DNA of 64,000 nucleotides from Oscillospiraceae bacterium (GCA_902783255.1 CACZQB010000061.1:17859-81858); one strand, 5' to 3'. Positions 39,443 through 49,179 are shown, counted from the first letter of the stretch. Numbers and translations: made by a program. Notes: a model not told the origin generated them from the sequence alone.

Positions 39443-40506
39443 TGATCATTTTTACCTTTGTTTATAAAATCCTCGATGTCATCTACAGCAATTTCTTTAA
39501 GAATACATTTCCCGATTTTTTCGGGAATCACTAGCGTTATTTTGTTTCCGGATCGCTTTTTATCCGATAAAGCGGCAGCAGTCATAGAAGAGCAGTCAAA
39601 AGTCGTGCTTATTGGCAGTGAAAGGCGTTTCATTAAATTTTCGATCCTATTTGCCGTTCCGATATTTGTTATGCCGCATTTTTCTCCGGCACGTGCGGTC
39701 ATAGCCATTCCGGCAGCCACGGCAAAACCGTGCGGAATCGTGTAATTACTGCATTTTTCAATTGCATGACCTATTGTGTGACCTAAATTCAGCAGCTTTC
39801 TCTCTCCGGTATCAAATTCGTCTTTTTCAACCGTCTTTCCTTTAAAAACAACACATTTTTCTATTATTGCGTCGAGATTATCTTCGATTTGGTCGTTCTC
39901 AAAATATTCAAATAATTGTTCGCTGAAAATGACACCGTATTTTATAGCCTCGGCAAGACCGTTCGAGAATTCTTTCTCTGAAAGTGTAGAGAGTGTCATC
40001 GGATCGCATATTACCGCATCCGGCTGTTTGAAGGTCCCTGCAAGATTTTTTCCGGCATTCAGATCAACGGCGTTTTTTCCACCAACGGATGAATCAACGG
40101 CGGCAAGGAGCGTTGTAGGTATTTGAATAAACTTTACGCCTCTCAGATATACAGACGCCGCAAATCCCGCAATATCTCCCGTTACACCTCCGCCGAGGGC
40201 AATCACGGCGTCGGATCGAGTCAGCTTATTATCGGCGAGAAATTCAAGAATATCAGCCAGTGTTGATATGTTTTTTGATTTTTCACCCGCATTAAAAATA
40301 TAGTGTTCCGTTGGAAGTTTTTCTTCGGCAAGAGATGAAAGCACTGTTTTAAGATACAGATCGGCAACATTCGAATCGGTTATTACTGCAATACGGCAGT
40401 CTCCCAGCTTTTCTTTAACGATTTTTCCGCAATAAGGCAGAATCCCGCTTTCGATGATCACATCGTATTCTTTGTTGACATTTATTTTTACCGTGCGTCT
40501 GTTCAT
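39427..40506 (-). CDS. aroB: 3-dehydroquinate synthase
   Basis: GGGVTGDIAGFAAS, VDSSVGGKNAV and GHTIGHAIE motifs. Confidence 0.95.
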   Translation of the reverse strand: MNRRTVKINVNKEYDVIIESGILPYCGKIVKEKLGDCRIAVITDSNVADLYLKTVLSSLAEEKLPTEHYIFNAGEKSKNISTLADILEFLADNKLTRSDAVIALGGGVTGDIAGFAASVYLRGVKFIQIPTTLLAAVDSSVGGKNAVDLNAGKNLAGTFKQPDAVICDPMTLSTLSEKEFSNGLAEAIKYGVIFSEQLFEYFENDQIEDNLDAIIEKCVVFKGKTVEKDEFDTGERKLLNLGHTIGHAIEKCSNYTIPHGFAVAAGMAMTARAGEKCGITNIGTANRIENLMKRLSLPISTTFDCSSMTAAALSDKKRSGNKITLVIPEKIGKCILKEIAVDDIEDFINKGKNDQWIST

Positions 40507-40521
40507 AGCCGTATCTCCGAT

Positions 40522-41526
40522 TTAATCTTTTACAGCGGCAGAAACCTTGGCAAGTTTTTTTACAAGAGCATCAAATGCCTCCGGTCGTATAGACTGAGGT
40601 CCGTCGCAAAGTGCATGTTCGGGATCGTTATGAACTTCTATGATCAGTCCGTCTGCCCCTGCGGCAACTGCCGCGCATGCAAGGGGCGAAACGAGTGCGG
40701 ATTTGCCGGATGCATGGCTCGGATCTATTATAACAGGCAGATGTGTCAGCTGCTTGAGGACGGGAACAGCTGAAATATCAAGAGTATTTCTTGTATATGT
40801 TTCAAATGTTCGAATTCCGCGTTCGCAAAGAATAATGTTGTTGTTTCCTCCGGCCATAATGTATTCGGCGCTCATAAGAAGTTCTTCGTAAGTAGATGAA
40901 AGGCCTCTTTTAAGCAAAATCGGCTTGCGTGTTGTTCCGAGTGCTTTCAGAAGTTCAAAATTCTGCATATTTCTTGCTCCGACCTGTATAACATCCACAT
41001 CATCAAATGAGTCAAGATGTTCGATATCCATTATTTCCGTTACTATCGGAAGCCCTGTCATTTTTTTTGCGATCGAAAGCAGCTTCAGTCCTTCGTCTCT
41101 CAGTCCCTGAAAAGAGTAGGGGGATGTTCTCGGCTTGAACGCTCCTCCTCGAAGAAGCGTAGCCCCGCTTTCTTTTACCTGCTTAGCAATGGAACATATC
41201 TGTTCTTCGGATTCTACAGAACAGGGTCCCGCTATAAGTGTGAGACTGCCTCCGCCTATAGATGTATTGCCTACTTTTACAACAGTATCGTCGGGATGAA
41301 ATTTTCTGTTGGCGTTTTTATATGGTTCCTGAACGCGGCGAACGCCTGCAACTATGTCAAGAGCCGAGATAAGATCTATATCGAGATGCGAAGTGTCGCC
41401 TACCAGTCCGAGTATAGTCTGCGTAGTACCGACAGTAGGATGAATTTCAACGCCCTTTGATTCAAGCCATTTAATAAGACTGTCAAGCTGCGCTTTGTCA
41501 GGATTGGGTTTGAGAAGTACTATCAT
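40522..41526 (-). CDS. aroF: 3-deoxy-7-phosphoheptulonate (DAHP) synthase, type I-beta, with N-terminal ferredoxin-like regulatory domain
   Basis: The core resembles KDO8PS/DAHPS I-beta (GPCSVES, LLRGGAFKPRTSPYSFQG, IDPSHA). The ~70-aa N-terminal extension resembles the Thermotoga-type FL domain. Confidence 0.9.
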   Translation of the reverse strand: MIVLLKPNPDKAQLDSLIKWLESKGVEIHPTVGTTQTILGLVGDTSHLDIDLISALDIVAGVRRVQEPYKNANRKFHPDDTVVKVGNTSIGGGSLTLIAGPCSVESEEQICSIAKQVKESGATLLRGGAFKPRTSPYSFQGLRDEGLKLLSIAKKMTGLPIVTEIMDIEHLDSFDDVDVIQVGARNMQNFELLKALGTTRKPILLKRGLSSTYEELLMSAEYIMAGGNNNIILCERGIRTFETYTRNTLDISAVPVLKQLTHLPVIIDPSHASGKSALVSPLACAAVAAGADGLIIEVHNDPEHALCDGPQSIRPEAFDALVKKLAKVSAAVKD

Positions 41527-41538
41527 AGAAAATCCTCC

Positions 41539-41571
41539 AAAAAAAACTCACAGCCGGTGTTCAGCTGTGAG
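41539..41571 (-). terminator. intrinsic terminator (attenuator segment 3:4) directly upstream of the DAHP synthase RBS
   Basis: On the minus strand, CTCACAGC (41571-41564), loop TGAACACCG, GCTGTGAG (41554-41547), then T8 (41546-41539) running straight into GGAGG-N7-ATG. Confidence 0.85.
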
Positions 41572-41622
41572 AATATTGTGTATTATTGTTCGGAGTTTTC
41601 ACTCAAAATTCTTTACACTTTT

Positions 41623-41712
41623 TCAGCTAAACACAACCGGGCTTTGCTTGTTAAAGTAAAATGCAAAACCGAAAAAGAAATATTCAGCTGTAAAAAAGCG
41701 AGATCTTTTCAT
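41623..41712 (-). CDS. aro leader peptide, 29 aa, MKRSRFFTAEYFFFGFAFYFNKQSPVVFS
   Basis: Translated by hand base by base. GGAG lies 6 nt upstream of the ATG. The peptide has 9 Phe and 2 Tyr codons in 29. The stop codon TGA lies inside attenuator segment 2. It is below the ORF-track length cutoff. Confidence 0.7.
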   Translation of the reverse strand: MKRSRFFTAEYFFFGFAFYFNKQSPVVFS

Positions 41713-41743
41713 TACAAACTCCGTTTTGACTCAGTATGCGTGT

Positions 41744-41771
41744 ATTATAGCACAACCGTTTTTTTTGTCAA
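41744..41771 (-). promoter_or_regulatory. sigma-A promoter of the aro operon leader
   Basis: On the minus strand: TTGACA (41771-41766), 16-nt spacer, TATAAT (41749-41744). Confidence 0.7.
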
Positions 41772-41817
41772 GAGTAAAACTTTCGATTTTACAAATTTTT
41801 CAGAATTAAGTCTGCTT

Positions 41818-42168
41818 TTACGTGTTTTTATCCGTTGAGTGAAAAGTTTTAAGATTGCCTGTTTTTAACGATCTTTTTTCAAGTTCGGCATTGATGTCGT
41901 CAGGTGATATGCCGAGGGATGCCATCATAACCGTAAGATGATAATACAGATCGCATATTTCTCCTATAAGCTCGGACCTTTTTTCCGTATCACCGTCTGC
42001 GCGTTCGGCGTTTTTTGCGGCAATAACCGTTTCGGCGCATTCTTCTCCAACTTTTTTCAGTATCTTGTCAAGTCCTTTTTCAAAAAGATAACAGGTATAA
42101 GATCCTTCCGTTTTTTCGGTTTTTCTTGACAGCACAACGTCGTAAAGTTCGCTTAATGTATCTTTCAT
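41818..42168 (-). CDS. hisE: phosphoribosyl-ATP diphosphatase
   Basis: MazG-like HisE pattern [31 protein letters not shown]. Confidence 0.9.
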   Translation of the reverse strand: MKDTLSELYDVVLSRKTEKTEGSYTCYLFEKGLDKILKKVGEECAETVIAAKNAERADGDTEKRSELIGEICDLYYHLTVMMASLGISPDDINAELEKRSLKTGNLKTFHSTDKNT

Positions 42169-42491
42169 TTTTCCTCCGTAATTATATTGAAAAAGCAGCT
42201 GCGTTTACCCGTATGACAAGCCGGTCCGATCTGTTTTACGGCAATCAGCAACGTATCTGTATCGCAGTCAGTTTTTATTGATTTAACATACTGCCAGTGT
42301 CCGCTTGTTTCTCCTTTGTTCCACAAAGCGTTTCTTGAGCGTGAAAAAAACCATGTTTTGCCTGTTTCAAGTGTTTTTCTGAAAGACTCTCTGTTCATAT
42401 ATGCCAGCATAAGTACATCGCCGTTTTCGCAGTCGGTAATTATTGCCGGCACAAGCTGCCTTTCCGAAAAAATCATATCTTCCCAGTTCAT
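42165..42491 (-). CDS. hisI: phosphoribosyl-AMP cyclohydrolase
   Basis: [21 protein letters not shown]..., [17 protein letters not shown], and CDTDTLL..., GPACHTG. Confidence 0.9.
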   Translation of the reverse strand: MNWEDMIFSERQLVPAIITDCENGDVLMLAYMNRESFRKTLETGKTWFFSRSRNALWNKGETSGHWQYVKSIKTDCDTDTLLIAVKQIGPACHTGKRSCFFNIITEEK

Positions 42492-43291
42492 CTTACAGGT
42501 ATCTCCTTGCTTTTCAGAAATTGCTTTACCTGAGGCACCGAAATGATTCCAAAATGAAAAAGTGACGCCGCAAGTGCGGCAGAAGCGTCGGTTTTATTGA
42601 AGACATCGGCAAAATCTTCAAGGCATCCGCATCCGCCCGAGGCAATTACCGGAATAGAAACGACATCGGCGATTATTTTAGTTATTTCAAGGTCAAATCC
42701 TTTTTTTACGCCGTCGGTGTCCATTGATGTCAACAGAATCTCTCCTGCTCCGAGCTTTTCAACTTTTTTTGCCCATTCAACGGCATTTATTCCCGTATCT
42801 TGCCGACCTCCGTGAATAACAACATGAAAATCATTTATGTCCGTGCCGAAATCGGGAGGGAAAACTCCGTTATAGTCAGGTCTTGAAGGCACGCGTTTTA
42901 CGTCTATAGCAACAACGATACATTGTGAGCCGAACATATCTGCCGCTCGCGCAACAAGCGTTTCGTCTTTAACTGCTGCGGAATTGATCGAAACTTTGTC
43001 TGCCCCTACACGCAGTATTTCTTTTATGTCTTCCGTTGTTCTTATTCCTCCGCCGACAGTTACCGGCAAAAAAACTTCGCTTGCCGTCCGTTCTATAACA
43101 TCAAGCAGCGTTCCTCTTCCGTCACTTGATGCCGTTATATCAAGAAACACTATTTCGTCTGCACCCTGCTCGTTGTATTCTTTTGCTATTGCGGTAGGAT
43201 CTCCTACGTCCTGAAGGTGTATAAAGTTGGTGCCCTTTACAACTCTGCCGTTGTCTATATCGAGGCACGGTATTATTCTCTTTGCGAGCAT
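42488..43291 (-). CDS. hisF: imidazole glycerol phosphate synthase, cyclase subunit
   Basis: [18 protein letters not shown] followed by the typical (beta/alpha)8 HisF sequence. Confidence 0.95.
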   Translation of the reverse strand: MLAKRIIPCLDIDNGRVVKGTNFIHLQDVGDPTAIAKEYNEQGADEIVFLDITASSDGRGTLLDVIERTASEVFLPVTVGGGIRTTEDIKEILRVGADKVSINSAAVKDETLVARAADMFGSQCIVVAIDVKRVPSRPDYNGVFPPDFGTDINDFHVVIHGGRQDTGINAVEWAKKVEKLGAGEILLTSMDTDGVKKGFDLEITKIIADVVSIPVIASGGCGCLEDFADVFNKTDASAALAASLFHFGIISVPQVKQFLKSKEIPVR

Positions 43292-43989
43292 TCTATCGCC
43301 TCCCGCAGATCAAGAGTTCCGGAGTAAAGGGATTTCCCGCAGATCGCGCCGTATAATCCCAGTGATTTACATGCTTTTATATCGTTTATATCTCTTATTC
43401 CGCCCGATGCGGTTATGTTTATATCAACCGTTTCCTTCAGCTTTGCAAGCTGTTCTGTGTTCGGTCCTTCAAGAGTACCGTCCCTCGAGATGTCTGTAAA
43501 GATAATATTCTTTACACCGATCGATTCCATCTCTTTTGCAAGTTCAGCGTATTCAACATTACCCCTGCAAAGCCAGCCTTCGGTTGAAACGAAGCCGTTT
43601 TCCGCATCTATTCCAACAGCGGTTAAAGAGGGGTATTTTTCGGCACACCATTTTACGAGCGATTTGTTTGTCAGCGCGACTGAACCGAGTATTATTCTCT
43701 TTGCACCCGCTTCAACATATGATTCAAAATCTTTTTCGGAACGTATACCGCCTCCGATCTCAACAGGCACTCCGAGCGCAATGATTTTCTTTACCGTTTC
43801 CGTGTTGGCAGGCTTTTTTATCAGAGCTCCGTCAAGATCTACAACATGCAAAAATTCTGCGCCGCATTCGATAAAATTGCGAGCGGATTTTTCGGGACTT
43901 TCGGCAACTTTATGCACCGTTCCGAATTCTCCCCGAAGTAAGCGGACGCACTGTCCGTCTTTTATGTCAATTGCAGGTAAAATTATCAT
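43273..43989 (-). CDS. hisA: ProFAR isomerase
   Basis: [17 protein letters not shown]...VDLDGA and GGGIRS motifs. Confidence 0.95.
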   Translation of the reverse strand: MIILPAIDIKDGQCVRLLRGEFGTVHKVAESPEKSARNFIECGAEFLHVVDLDGALIKKPANTETVKKIIALGVPVEIGGGIRSEKDFESYVEAGAKRIILGSVALTNKSLVKWCAEKYPSLTAVGIDAENGFVSTEGWLCRGNVEYAELAKEMESIGVKNIIFTDISRDGTLEGPNTEQLAKLKETVDINITASGGIRDINDIKACKSLGLYGAICGKSLYSGTLDLREAIECSQRE

Positions 43990-44602
43990 GTTTCACCATA
44001 TCACAAAAATTTTTCAGTATTCTTAATCCCTTTACGCCGCTTTTTTCCGGATGGAACTGTGTGCCTAGCACATTATTTCTTTCAACTGAAGCGACGGTAT
44101 TGATTCCGTAGTCCGTATATGCCGTAACGTTTTCATCATCAGTTTTTGCCGAAAATGAGTGGACAAAATAAACGTAAGTTCCGTTTTCTATTCCGTCATA
44201 AAGAGCGGATTTTTTATTGAAACATAAATTGTTCCAGCCGATGTGCGGAATTTTGATAGGCTGTCCGCCTGTGTTTATATTATCGACCTTGCCTTTGATC
44301 AGTCCGAGCCCGTCTGTTCGTCCGAATTCGGAGCTTTCATCAAAAAGAAGCTGCATTCCCAGGCAGATACCGAAAAGCGCTTTACCTTTTTCTGCTTCGA
44401 TTTTCAGCGTTTCCCATAGCTTTGCTTCTTTCAGCTTAAATGCGGCTTCGCGAAAAGCACCAACTCCCGGCAAAACGATCCCCGAACATGATTTTAATTC
44501 ATCAACCGATGATGTAATGATGCATTTTTGATCGATAAAATCAAATGCTTTAGCTACGGACCGGAGATTCCCTGCGCCATAGTCTACTATTGCCAGGGTC
44601 AT
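43967..44602 (-). CDS. hisH: imidazole glycerol phosphate synthase, glutaminase subunit
   Basis: IVDYGAGNLRSV, LPGVGAF, GICLGMQLL (catalytic Cys), and FHPEKS. Confidence 0.95.
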   Translation of the reverse strand: MTLAIVDYGAGNLRSVAKAFDFIDQKCIITSSVDELKSCSGIVLPGVGAFREAAFKLKEAKLWETLKIEAEKGKALFGICLGMQLLFDESSEFGRTDGLGLIKGKVDNINTGGQPIKIPHIGWNNLCFNKKSALYDGIENGTYVYFVHSFSAKTDDENVTAYTDYGINTVASVERNNVLGTQFHPEKSGVKGLRILKNFCDMVKHDNFTCN

Positions 44603-45180
44603 TCTATAACTTCCTTTGTGCTTAAAAAATCGTCACTTTCGATTTTCGCTGCTGCTTTCAGCGCACGCGCAGTGGCTTTGAAGAGAGCTTCAATGCAGTG
44701 ATGCGAATTTTTGCCGTATAAAAGAGCCATATGAAGCGTAATTCCCGAATTAAATGCAAATGCTCTGAAAAACTCTTCAGTCATACATGTGTCAAACTCG
44801 CCGACTTTGCTTTCTGCAAATTTTGCGTCAAAAACAAGATATGGTCTTCCCGAAATATCAACGACAGCTCTTGCAAGCGCTTCGTCCATCGGTACGGCGC
44901 AGCTGGCAAACCGCGCAATACCCCGTTTATCTTTCAATGCTCCGCAAAAGGCTCTGCCAAGCACTATTCCGATATCCTCAACAGTGTGGTGACAATCAAC
45001 ATTCAGGTCTCCCTTTGCGCTCAGAACGATATCGAATCCGCCGTGGACCGCAAACGAATTAAGCATATGATCAAAAAATCCTATGCCCGATGAACCGTCA
45101 AAAGAACCTGTTCCGTCAATGGACAGATTAACGGAAATACGTGTTTCGGCTGTTTGTCTGTTAATGAATTCCTGTCTCAT
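44599..45180 (-). CDS. hisB: imidazoleglycerol-phosphate dehydratase
   Basis: RQTAETRISVNLSIDG, DCHHTVEDIGI and HHCIEALFKA motifs. Confidence 0.95.
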   Translation of the reverse strand: MRQEFINRQTAETRISVNLSIDGTGSFDGSSGIGFFDHMLNSFAVHGGFDIVLSAKGDLNVDCHHTVEDIGIVLGRAFCGALKDKRGIARFASCAVPMDEALARAVVDISGRPYLVFDAKFAESKVGEFDTCMTEEFFRAFAFNSGITLHMALLYGKNSHHCIEALFKATARALKAAAKIESDDFLSTKEVIE

Positions 45181-46225
45181 TTATCGCTGCCTCCAGTTTT
45201 GTTTTTAATATATCGTTCTCGCCTCTCGTGCCTGCTGTTATACGCAGAAAATCAGGTGAAATATAGCGGACGGAGATCTTGTTTTTAAGCAAATAGTCGT
45301 GGATCGACAATGCATTGGGCGTTCTGACCGTAATAAAATTTGTCTTTGTATCGAAAACTCTGAAATCAGACATTTCAAGAGGTTTGATTGACTGATAAAG
45401 CATGTTTTTTCTCGCAATGATCTGAGCTGTCATGTTTTTCAGGTATTCCTTGTTCTTCAGCGCCGCAAGACCTGCTGCCTGAGATAAAACGCTCACATTA
45501 TACGGCATTTTTGCTTTTCTGAAGAGTGAGATGATTTCAGTTCCCGCAACAGCAAATCCTATCCGGAATCCTGCCATGCCAAACGCTTTTGATAATGTCT
45601 TAAGCACGATAAGGTTGTCATATTTGTTTACATAAGGCATAACGGTTTCATTGTCAGCCCAGAATTCCATATATGCCTCGTCGATACATACTGCACAGTT
45701 TACCGATGATATGATCTTTTCGACATTTGTTGCGGTTATGCCCTGACCTGTCGGATTGCATGGATTTGAAAATATGATCAGATCAACTGCTCGGGATTTC
45801 GCAACTGAGATCAGCTCGTCCGGATTGAAATTCAGATTTTCGTCTTTTTCAACGGAAATAACAGTGTTCTCATAGAGACACGCGTATATTTTATATACCG
45901 AAAAATCGGGAGAAACTACAAGAACTCTTGAATGCGACGGTAAAAGCGCCGAGCACATTATCGATATCAGTTCGTCGCTTCCGTTACCGGCTATAACATT
46001 TGCGGCATACAGTCCGTAATAATCGGCAAATGCTTTGCATAATGCGTTTGCCGCGGGGTCAGGGTATCTGTTGAACGCCTGGGCATTGATCTCGGCAAGA
46101 ACTTTGCTTTTCATTTCGTCAGGCATATCCGCATAACTCTCGTTTGCGTCAAGACGGATCATTTCGGGCGTATAAGTTTGCGGAACATATTCTTCCATAC
46201 CCTTCAGGTTTTTTCCGAATGTCAT
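45161..46225 (-). CDS. hisC: histidinol-phosphate aminotransferase
   Basis: RLDANES, NPCNPTG and LSKAFGMAG (PLP lysine) motifs. Confidence 0.9.
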   Translation of the reverse strand: MTFGKNLKGMEEYVPQTYTPEMIRLDANESYADMPDEMKSKVLAEINAQAFNRYPDPAANALCKAFADYYGLYAANVIAGNGSDELISIMCSALLPSHSRVLVVSPDFSVYKIYACLYENTVISVEKDENLNFNPDELISVAKSRAVDLIIFSNPCNPTGQGITATNVEKIISSVNCAVCIDEAYMEFWADNETVMPYVNKYDNLIVLKTLSKAFGMAGFRIGFAVAGTEIISLFRKAKMPYNVSVLSQAAGLAALKNKEYLKNMTAQIIARKNMLYQSIKPLEMSDFRVFDTKTNFITVRTPNALSIHDYLLKNKISVRYISPDFLRITAGTRGENDILKTKLEAAINETGIH

Positions 46226-46226
46226 T

Positions 46227-47504
46227 TTATTTACCGTTCCTTATTTCGATCGCATTCGCATGAGCTGTCAGCCTTTCGGCGCGGGCTATTGCGGTTATAT
46301 CCGATGAAGCGGCAGATAGCGCCGCGGAGGTGTAATATATAAAAGAACTTGTTTTGGTAAAACTCTCTACTGAAAGAGGAGAGAAAAATCTTGCTGTGCC
46401 GGACGTCGGCAGAACATGATTAGGTCCCGCATAATAATCTCCGAGCGGCTCCGGAGAATAATATCCGAGAAATACAGAACCTGCGTTTCTGACAAAATCG
46501 AGATATTCAAACGGTTCTTTTACGCATAATTCCAGATGTTCGGGAGCAATGGTATTTGCCGCTGCAAGAGCGCTTTGCATATCGCCGCATATAAGCGCAG
46601 CTCCGTTTGTGTTCAGTGATTTCATTATAATATCGCAGCGTGAAAGACGTTTTATCTGTTTTTCGATCTCCTTTTCCACTTCGTCCGCTTTTTCTTCGGA
46701 AAAACAAATCAGAACCGAAGATGCTAGCTCATCATGCTCTGCCTGAGAAAGAAGATCCGCGGCAACATATTCGTTTGGCGCATTCTCATCTGCAATAACG
46801 CATATTTCGGAAGGACCTGCTATCATGTCTATATCTACCGTTCCGAAAAGGAGCTTTTTTGCTGTAGCTACAAAAATATTGCCCGGACCGACAATCTTAT
46901 CGGTTTTCGGCATGCTTTCGGTCCCGTATGCAAGCGCGGCAAGCGCCTGCGCTCCTCCGCAGTAAAAAATTCTGTCTACACCCGCAACGGCAGCTGCGGC
47001 AAGAATATCTGTGTTTTCATCTTCATTTTTCGGAGGCGGTGTGACCATAATTATTTCTTCAACGCCGGCAACTTTGGCAGGAATAGCGTTCATAAGCACT
47101 GAAGAGGGATAAGCGGCTTTTCCTCCGGGAACATACAGCCCCACACGTTTGAGAGGCAAAACACGTCTGCCCACAACGCAGCCGTTGTCTTTTTCCGTTC
47201 TGAAACCTTGAGCAACCTGCTTTTCGTGATATTCTCTTATGTTTTTTGCGGCGGCGGAAAGCGCGTCTTTTATTTTTGACGTTTCAAATGCTTCCTTCGC
47301 TTTTATAACCGGAATTTCAAAATCGTTTAATATTACGCCGTCAAATTTTTCCGTATATTTTTTCAGCGCCTTATCGCCGTTATTTCTGACGTCATTTATT
47401 ATTTCGGTAACAATTTTCGTTACATCTGATTCAGTAGAGTTCCTTTTTTCTTCAAGTTCCCTGAAAAAAACGGAAAAATCTGCTTCACGGTATCTTTTCA
47501 GCAT
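46227..47504 (-). CDS. hisD: histidinol dehydrogenase
   Basis: Typical HisD motifs (YVPGGKAAYPSSVLM, AGPSE, QAEHD). ATG 47502-47504 has AGGTGA upstream. The ORF track extends to 47546. Confidence 0.9.
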   Translation of the reverse strand: MLKRYREADFSVFFRELEEKRNSTESDVTKIVTEIINDVRNNGDKALKKYTEKFDGVILNDFEIPVIKAKEAFETSKIKDALSAAAKNIREYHEKQVAQGFRTEKDNGCVVGRRVLPLKRVGLYVPGGKAAYPSSVLMNAIPAKVAGVEEIIMVTPPPKNEDENTDILAAAAVAGVDRIFYCGGAQALAALAYGTESMPKTDKIVGPGNIFVATAKKLLFGTVDIDMIAGPSEICVIADENAPNEYVAADLLSQAEHDELASSVLICFSEEKADEVEKEIEKQIKRLSRCDIIMKSLNTNGAALICGDMQSALAAANTIAPEHLELCVKEPFEYLDFVRNAGSVFLGYYSPEPLGDYYAGPNHVLPTSGTARFFSPLSVESFTKTSSFIYYTSAALSAASSDITAIARAERLTAHANAIEIRNGK

Positions 47505-47526
47505 ATTTTCACCTCTGATGAATGCG

Positions 47527-49179
47527 TTAAACTTTGAATACTTCAAACAAAATTTCGTCTATCGCCTTTTTTCTGAGTTTTGTTGCGGCGATATTTGCAA
47601 CTATTCTTGCGGAGATCGGAAATATCTCTTCTATTATCTCAAGCCCGTTTTCTCTCAGAGTATCTCCTGTTTCAACTATATCCACAATACCGTCCGCAAG
47701 CCCGAGAATTGGTGCAAGTTCCACGGATCCTTCTATGGATACGGTTTCAACGTCGGCCTTTTTTGCTGCTGCATATCGTTTTGCAATATTGACAAATTTA
47801 GTTGCAATGATTTTTTTTGAGTATCCTCCGAAAAAACTGTCGGGGTCGTTTTTATATTTTGCCGGACCTGCAAGCGCCATTCGGCACGCGCCGAAGCCGA
47901 GATCGGCAAGCTCATATACTGATGTTCCGTATTCCGCTATAGTGTCGCTTCCTACTATTCCCAGATCACATACGCCGCGCTCAACATATGTTATAACGTC
48001 ACGGCTTTTTACAAGCATAACTTCAAATTTACCGTTCTGCAAAGGAAAAACAAGTTTTCTTCCTTTATTGATAAGCGATGAACAGTCAATACCGTTTTTT
48101 TCAAACAATTCTATCGTTTTCTTTTCAAGTCTGCCTTTTGTAAGAGCGATGCGAATGGGACGGGCCGGCGCGGCGATTGTTGCTTCGTTCTTTTTATCTT
48201 TAAGAAGATCAAAAATATCGTCTACCGTAACGCTGAATCCCGTAGCGGCAAGCGCTCTTCCGAAATTTGCGGTAAGATTGTCGTATCTGCCTCCGAGTAA
48301 TACTGCATGCCCAAGCCCCTTTACAAATCCGCCGAAAATTATGCCTGTATAATAATCCAGACGGCCTACAAGTCCGAGGTCGAAGGATAAACAGTCGCCG
48401 TATCCTTTTTCTTTGAGGCTTGTTATTATCGATTTGATATAATCGATTATCTGTTTTATTTTTTCGGAACCGGTTTCGCTAACAATAGCATCAAGCCCCG
48501 CAAGATCTTCCTCACTGGCGCTGCCGAACATCTTTGGCAGCATTTTGAATGCCTTTGGGATATTCATCGTTTCTATTGAGGCAAAGTTTTTTGTTTCAAT
48601 AAGTTTTCGGACGGTTTCCGCCGTTTCATCACCAATTCCGTATAACTCCGCAAGCGTCGTGAAAAGCTTTCCATGACCAATCTCTATGTTGAAATTCAGA
48701 CCGAAAAGCTTTTCCATGCTTTTTGAGGCAAGCTCAAGAATTTCGACATCGGCGTCCAGCGGGTTTTGTGCGTTCGTTCCTATCAGCTCGGCGCCGCACT
48801 GTGTTTCTTCAGTCAGTCTGTTGCCCATCGTTGGGGCGGAAAAAACATTCTGACAGTAAAAAAGTCTGTAGGGCAGGGGCGTATCAGCCAGTTTCGTTGC
48901 AGCGATACGCGCGATCGGAACAGTACAGTCGCACCTGAGCGCCATAAGCCTGTTTTGTTCATCGGTAAACTTATATACGCTGTTCCCCATCGGTCTTGTC
49001 GGATCAGCAGAAAAAACATCGTAATACTCGGCAGTCGGGGTAACGGTTTCTTTATATCCCGATTCTTTCATCAGTGATATCAGTTTTTCGCATATGCCGC
49101 GCCTGAGCTCAGCATCTCCGAAAATATAATCTCTTCTTCCGTCTGTTCTTCCGTAGTCAATTGATTTCATATAAAACAT
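47527..49179 (-). CDS. hisZG: fused ATP phosphoribosyltransferase regulatory (HisZ) and catalytic (short HisG) subunits
   Basis: The N-terminal ~330 aa are HisRS-like HisZ (TPTAEYYDVF, RLFYCQNVF, LGLVGRLDYYTGIIF). The C-terminal ~210 aa are HisG-short (IRIALTKGRLEKKTIELF, DLGIVGSDT). It is one uninterrupted 550-aa ORF. The start is ATG 49179 or ATG 49170. Confidence 0.85.
   Translation of the reverse strand: MFYMKSIDYGRTDGRRDYIFGDAELRRGICEKLISLMKESGYKETVTPTAEYYDVFSADPTRPMGNSVYKFTDEQNRLMALRCDCTVPIARIAATKLADTPLPYRLFYCQNVFSAPTMGNRLTEETQCGAELIGTNAQNPLDADVEILELASKSMEKLFGLNFNIEIGHGKLFTTLAELYGIGDETAETVRKLIETKNFASIETMNIPKAFKMLPKMFGSASEEDLAGLDAIVSETGSEKIKQIIDYIKSIITSLKEKGYGDCLSFDLGLVGRLDYYTGIIFGGFVKGLGHAVLLGGRYDNLTANFGRALAATGFSVTVDDIFDLLKDKKNEATIAAPARPIRIALTKGRLEKKTIELFEKNGIDCSSLINKGRKLVFPLQNGKFEVMLVKSRDVITYVERGVCDLGIVGSDTIAEYGTSVYELADLGFGACRMALAGPAKYKNDPDSFFGGYSKKIIATKFVNIAKRYAAAKKADVETVSIEGSVELAPILGLADGIVDIVETGDTLRENGLEIIEEIFPISARIVANIAATKLRKKAIDEILFEVFKV

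Larger units (their letters stand above)
41527..41743 (-). promoter_or_regulatory. aro operon leader: ribosome-mediated (Phe/Tyr) transcription attenuator
   Basis: An ~210-nt leader between the promoter and the DAHPS start. It contains the F/Y-rich mini-ORF and three 11-nt segments (41690-41680, 41634-41624, 41567-41557) that form alternative helices with the terminator. Details are in the findings. Confidence 0.7.

Noticed and set aside
41572-41743. A T-box riboswitch as the explanation for the aro leader.
   Set aside because: No T-box consensus (GGUGGUACCGCG-like) or specifier-loop architecture is present. The F/Y-rich mini-ORF with alternative helices explains the terminator better.
47534-48352. 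A 272-aa plus-strand ORF antisense to hisZG.
   Set aside because: It is a shadow ORF with S/A/F/P-rich composition, and the opposite strand encodes clear HisG/HisZ motifs.
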